Shown piece by piece: positions 59,434 through 64,000 of a stretch of 64,000 nt of DNA. Origin of the DNA: the human T2T-CHM13v2.0 reference genome, Homo sapiens; the NCBI RefSeq assembly GCF_009914755.1, contig NC_060925.1, one strand, 5' to 3'. The notes under the pieces were generated by a model that ran no database searches, had not been told where the DNA came from, and was given only the letters and a program-made list of their open reading frames with translations. Each line of letters starts with the position of its first letter. Positions within the stretch are counted from its first letter, which is position 1. The position numbers were made by a program, and so were the translations under genes.

Positions 59434-59696
59434 TGCAATGTCTCTGAGGTATACCTATAATTATAATAATAGCTTTCTTTATTCCTTAAGGCCACAGTGT
59501 AAAACTCATGCTTATACTGTTCAGCTGTCATCCTAGATTCTACAGAATCTTAAATGATCATCATTCACACAAACAGGATCCAAATGTACCCTAAATTTTA
59601 TTTTAATTGTGAACCAAGACACTGTGAAACAGGAATATCAGGCCATCTCAGTAATATTGTCCTGTCCCACAGAGAGATAACTGCTCTTGGTGATTG
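59434..59696 (-). repeat. Inverted copy of 56159-56416 inserted in the Tigger1 5' end
   Basis: Reverse-complement match of roughly 88-90% by eye, including host flank, TA and TIR. Confidence 0.95.
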
Positions 59697-60484
59697 AGAA
59701 GCACAATAACGTGAAGTGCAGTGAAACGAGGTGTGCCTGTATAAGAACCAGTCCATGCTCCCATCTGTCCATCTTCTAGAGGGCTCATTTACTATTTAAG
59801 GGTAGCCAGAGAAGTAAGGAAGAGAATAGGCTTCCTTGTACCAAGTTCTGTATCAAGACTTCACATAATTCCCTTTTAGTCTGTTGGAGAGCTGGGCAAC
59901 TGGGGTCAGAGCAGGAAAATACATCATTATGGTAATTATTAACCAGGTGAATTTGGGGCATACATCTCCTCCAATATTTACGTTTGCAACTGCATTCCAT
60001 CAGATTCACTTAGAAAACAGGCAATCTGAGTGTGCTTCTTGGAAGATGTTTCTCAGAAAGCCAATGACCTGACTAACCCTCTTATTAGAAGCCTCTGTGA
60101 AAACCACAGAGACCAAATGACCCACTTATGTCTGCAAAGCAAAGCTGAGCAAAGACAGCAACAGAGATCAACCTTGGACTCTAGTTCTGTTGTCATTGCT
60201 GCTGCTTCTGCTGCTACTCCTACATCAGCTAATCTGTTTCTGGGGAAATTTAGAAAGTTCTGTTTTTAATCTTCTCACCTTTAATGTATAACTATGCTGT
60301 TGTACTTGAAGACATGAGATCAAATTCTGAGCCCTAAAGACAATTTTTAATGTTATATCTTAAAACATCTTGAACCCGGGCACATATCCTAAAGTATTGT
60401 CTTTTTTTTAGGACTACCAGCTACCACAAGAGTTATTTGTGTGGAAGATTTGTCTATGAATGTTTTTCATTTATCTTTTTACAA

Positions 60485-63400
60485 ATTTAATTTTTTTGTA
60501 ATGGAGGTAAAAATTTGTTGTGTGAAATGCACCAATCTTAAGTGTATAATTCAATGATTTATAACAAATATATGCACTTGTATAGCCAACAGCTTAATCA
60601 GGACATAGAGCATTTCCATCAACCCGGAAAGTCTCCATTTGCCTCCTTCCAATCTCTTCTCTGCTATCAACTGGAAATTTTATTTTTCTAGAGATAGAGT
60701 CTTGCTATGTTGTCCAGTCTGGCTTCAAACTCCTGGGATCAGGCAATTCTTCCACTTCAGCCTCCAGAGAGTACAGTTATGAGCCACTGCACTCAAAAGA
60801 ATCACTATTTTAATTTCTATCATCATAGATAACTTTTGCCTATTTGTGAACTTCATGTAAATGTAATCATACAATATATATTCTTGTGTCTGGCTTTTTT
60901 AATTCAACACAGTGTTTTGGAGATTCCTATGGCTAAGCAGTATTCCATTATGTAACTATAATATAATTTACTTTTTAGTTCTTCTATTGATGGATATTTG
61001 GATTCTTTACTGTGTTTTTCTATTATAAAGAAAGTGACTAAATATGTTCCTCTAGAAGCCTGTTTGTGAATACATATTTTGATTTATGCTTGGCATATAT
61101 TTAGGAGTAGAAATTCTGGGGTCAGCAAACCTCTAAATCTATAAGAAAGAAACGAACAGTTTTCTGAAGTAGTTGTACCATTGGTTCTCATTTTTCACAT
61201 CTTTGCCAACATTTGGTGTTTTCAATCTTTTTAATTCTACCTGTTCTTGTGGGTCTGAAGTGATAGGCCATTGTGATTTTTATTTTGGATTTCCCTAATA
61301 ACTTATGACTTTGATCAACTTTTAATGTATTTTTTGACCATTCATGTAACTTTTTTTGCAAAGTGTCTGTTCCATATTTTGGCATATATTTTTATTGGAT
61401 ACTTGTCTTTTGTCTTCTAGCTTTAAATCTTTTGTCACATGTGTGTAATGCAAGTATTCTTCCAATCTAAGGCTTGCTTTTTCATTTACCTAATATGTCT
61501 GCTGATTAGCAGACTTTTTAATTTTGATGAAGAACACTATGACTTTTAAAATAATTAGTACATTTTTGTTCTCATTGAGAAATATTTGCCTATTCCAACG
61601 TCACAACTTTATTCTATTTTCTTCTAGAAGTTTTATAATTACAGATTTTAATTTTAGGTGTACAGTCCATCTCAAAGTAATGTCTGTGTATATTTTAAGG
61701 GTTGATGTTGGGGTTCATTTATTTTTCTCACATTTTTCCGGTTGCTTTAGCACAATTGTCCTGTCCATATTGAATAGCCTTAACACATTTGTGGAAAATC
61801 AGTTGATAAGATATGTCTGGGTATATTTTTGGGCTCTATTATGTTCCAATTACCTATTTGTCTTTAGTTACATTAATACTACACTATCCTGATTACTGTT
61901 GCATTGTAGTAAGTTTTGAAATCAGGTAGAGTGAACCTTCCAAATTTGTTCTTTCTCAAGACGTTTTTAGCCATTCCAAGTCCTTTGAATTTTTATATAA
62001 CTTTTAGAATCAACTTGTCAATTCTACCAAAAAAAGTCCATGAGATTTTGATTGGTATTGTGTTTATTCCATAGATCAATTTGGAATGAAATGATAATGA
62101 CACTCTTCCAAATGGTAGATGTTTTATGTCTCTTTGTTTATTCAGGCCTTTTAAAATTTCTCTCAGTTATGTTTTGAAGACTCAAGTGGAGAGGTACTAC
62201 AAGTCTTTTAAAAATGTTTATTTCTAAATACTGTATATAGTTTTAAAGTTTTTTAATTTTATGGGTACATAGTAGGTGTATATATTTTCAGGGCACATGA
62301 AATATTTTGATACAGGTATACAATGTGTAATAATCACATCAGGGTAAAAGAGGTATCCATCCTCTCAAGCATTTTTCCTTTCTTTATGTTTACAAACATG
62401 CTAATTGTACTCTTAGTTATTTATAAATGTATCATAAATTATTGTTAAATGTAGTCATCCTGTTGTGCTATCAAATACCAGAATTTATTCATTCTATCTA
62501 ATATTTTTTTGTACCCATTTATCATAACCCTTTACCCCCTCTACTACACTTTCCAGCTTCTGGTAACTGTCATTCTACTCTCCATTTCCCTATGGATTAA
62601 ATTGTTTTAACTTTTAGCTCCCACAAATAAATATCTTTCTGTGTCTAGCTTATTTCACTTAATATAATATTCTCCAGTTCCATCAATGTTGTTGCAACTG
62701 ACAGGATCTCCTTCTATTTTATGGTTGAATGGTATTCCACTGTGTGTATGTACACGTTTTCTTTATCCATTCCTCTACTGATGGACACTTAGGTTGACTC
62801 CAAAATTGGCTATTGTCAATAATGCTGCAATAAACATGGGAGTGCTGAGATCTCTTTGATACACTGATTTGCTTTCTTTTGGGTATACAACTAGCAATGA
62901 TATTGCTGGATCATATGGTAGTTTTGTTTTTAGTTTTTTTGAGAAACCCCCATACCATTCTCCATAGTGTTTGTACTAATGTACATTCCCACCCACAGCG
63001 TATGAGAGGTTCCCCTTTCACTACATCCTCACCAGCATTCATTATTGCCTGTCTTTTGGATAAAAGCCATTTGAACTGTGGTGAGATGATATCTCATTGC
63101 GGTTTCGATTTGCAACTCCCTGATGATCAATAATGTTGAGCACATTTTCACATACCTGACTGTCATTCATATTTGAGAAATAGCTATTCGGATCTTTTCA
63201 CTATTTTTAATGGGATTATTAGATTGTTTTCCTATTGAGTTGTTTGAGCACCTTATGTATTCTGGTTATTAATTCCTTCTCAGATAGAAAACTTGAAAAT
63301 ATTTTTTCCTATTATGTGAGTTGTCTTATGGTTTTGATACTGTTATAAAAATCTTTTAATTTTATTGTCCAATTGTATAGAAATATAGATTTTTGTAGAT

Positions 63401-64000
63401 TGACCTTATATACTAATACTTTGCTAAATTATTAGTTCAATAAAGTGTTTTAAAAATTTTTTGCAGATTCTTAGTACTTTCTACGTCTATGATCATATTT
63501 TCTGTAAATAAAGACTACTTTATTTCTTCTTCTATCTGTCCTTTTAACCTTGCTTTATTGCATGGGCTAGAATCTTCAATGCAATGGTGAAAAGTAGTGG
63601 TGATATACTTTCCTCATTTTTGTTTTTAAGGGGACAGTGTTTAATGTTTCACCATGGCAGGTTGCTGGCCAAAGGTTTTTCATAGATGCCTTTTATCATA
63701 CTGATAAAATTTACTTTTATTCTTAGATTTCTCAGGATTTTGTTTTTTAAAAATTATGAATATGTGCTTAATTTTGTCAAATGCTTTTTCTGCACCTACT
63801 GAGGTGATCATATAGATCATATATTATCCTCCCTTTTTCTGTTAATTAGTTAAATTACATTGGTTGATTTACAATTATTAAACCATCTTTGCACCCCGGG
63901 AATAAATCCTAGCTGCTTATGATGTATAAACTTTTTATGTAATTCTAGATTTAATTTATTAACAACTTGCTAAAGATTTTTATTTCTATGTTCATGAGGG
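60485..64000 (-). mobile_element. Old L1 (L1MD/ME-type) with nested FLAM (~60680-60795) and L1MA
   Basis: Antisense L1 3' UTR and ORF2 sequence running to the window end (YHFRPTRTGRIKKIENTKCWQRCEK). Confidence 0.85.
62245..63325 (-). mobile_element. L1MA2/3-like 3' portion nested in older L1
   Basis: TTTTATGGGTACATAGTAGGTGTATATATT...TAATAATCACATCAGGGTAAA. Confidence 0.88.

Overview
Primate, almost certainly human, non-coding genomic DNA. No protein-coding gene, RNA gene or CRISPR array is supportable, and the ORF-track entries trace to Alu, L1, Tigger or low-complexity sequence, or are short chance ORFs. The left end (about 0.7-1.35 kb) is a CpG-island, promoter-like region inside about 4.5 kb that appears repeat-free; I cannot name the gene. 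The rest is a transposon mosaic: a near full-length old L1MC-type element that still has its target-site duplication, a full-length Tigger1 with a THE1 LTR and an Alu nested in it, about a dozen Alu/FLAM copies, MaLR/ERVL solo LTRs, MIR, L2, MER94 and two probable MamSINE1 copies. The most unusual signal is a set of locally templated duplications. These are an inverted copy of the Tigger1 left flank plus TIR inside the element's opposite end, a non-Alu ~270 bp inverted repeat at 54.0-54.9 kb, two short segments copied into nearby older repeats, a ~100 bp tandem duplication and a snap-back insertion. Repeat subfamily names come from recalled consensus sequences and identities are by-eye estimates; neither was computed.
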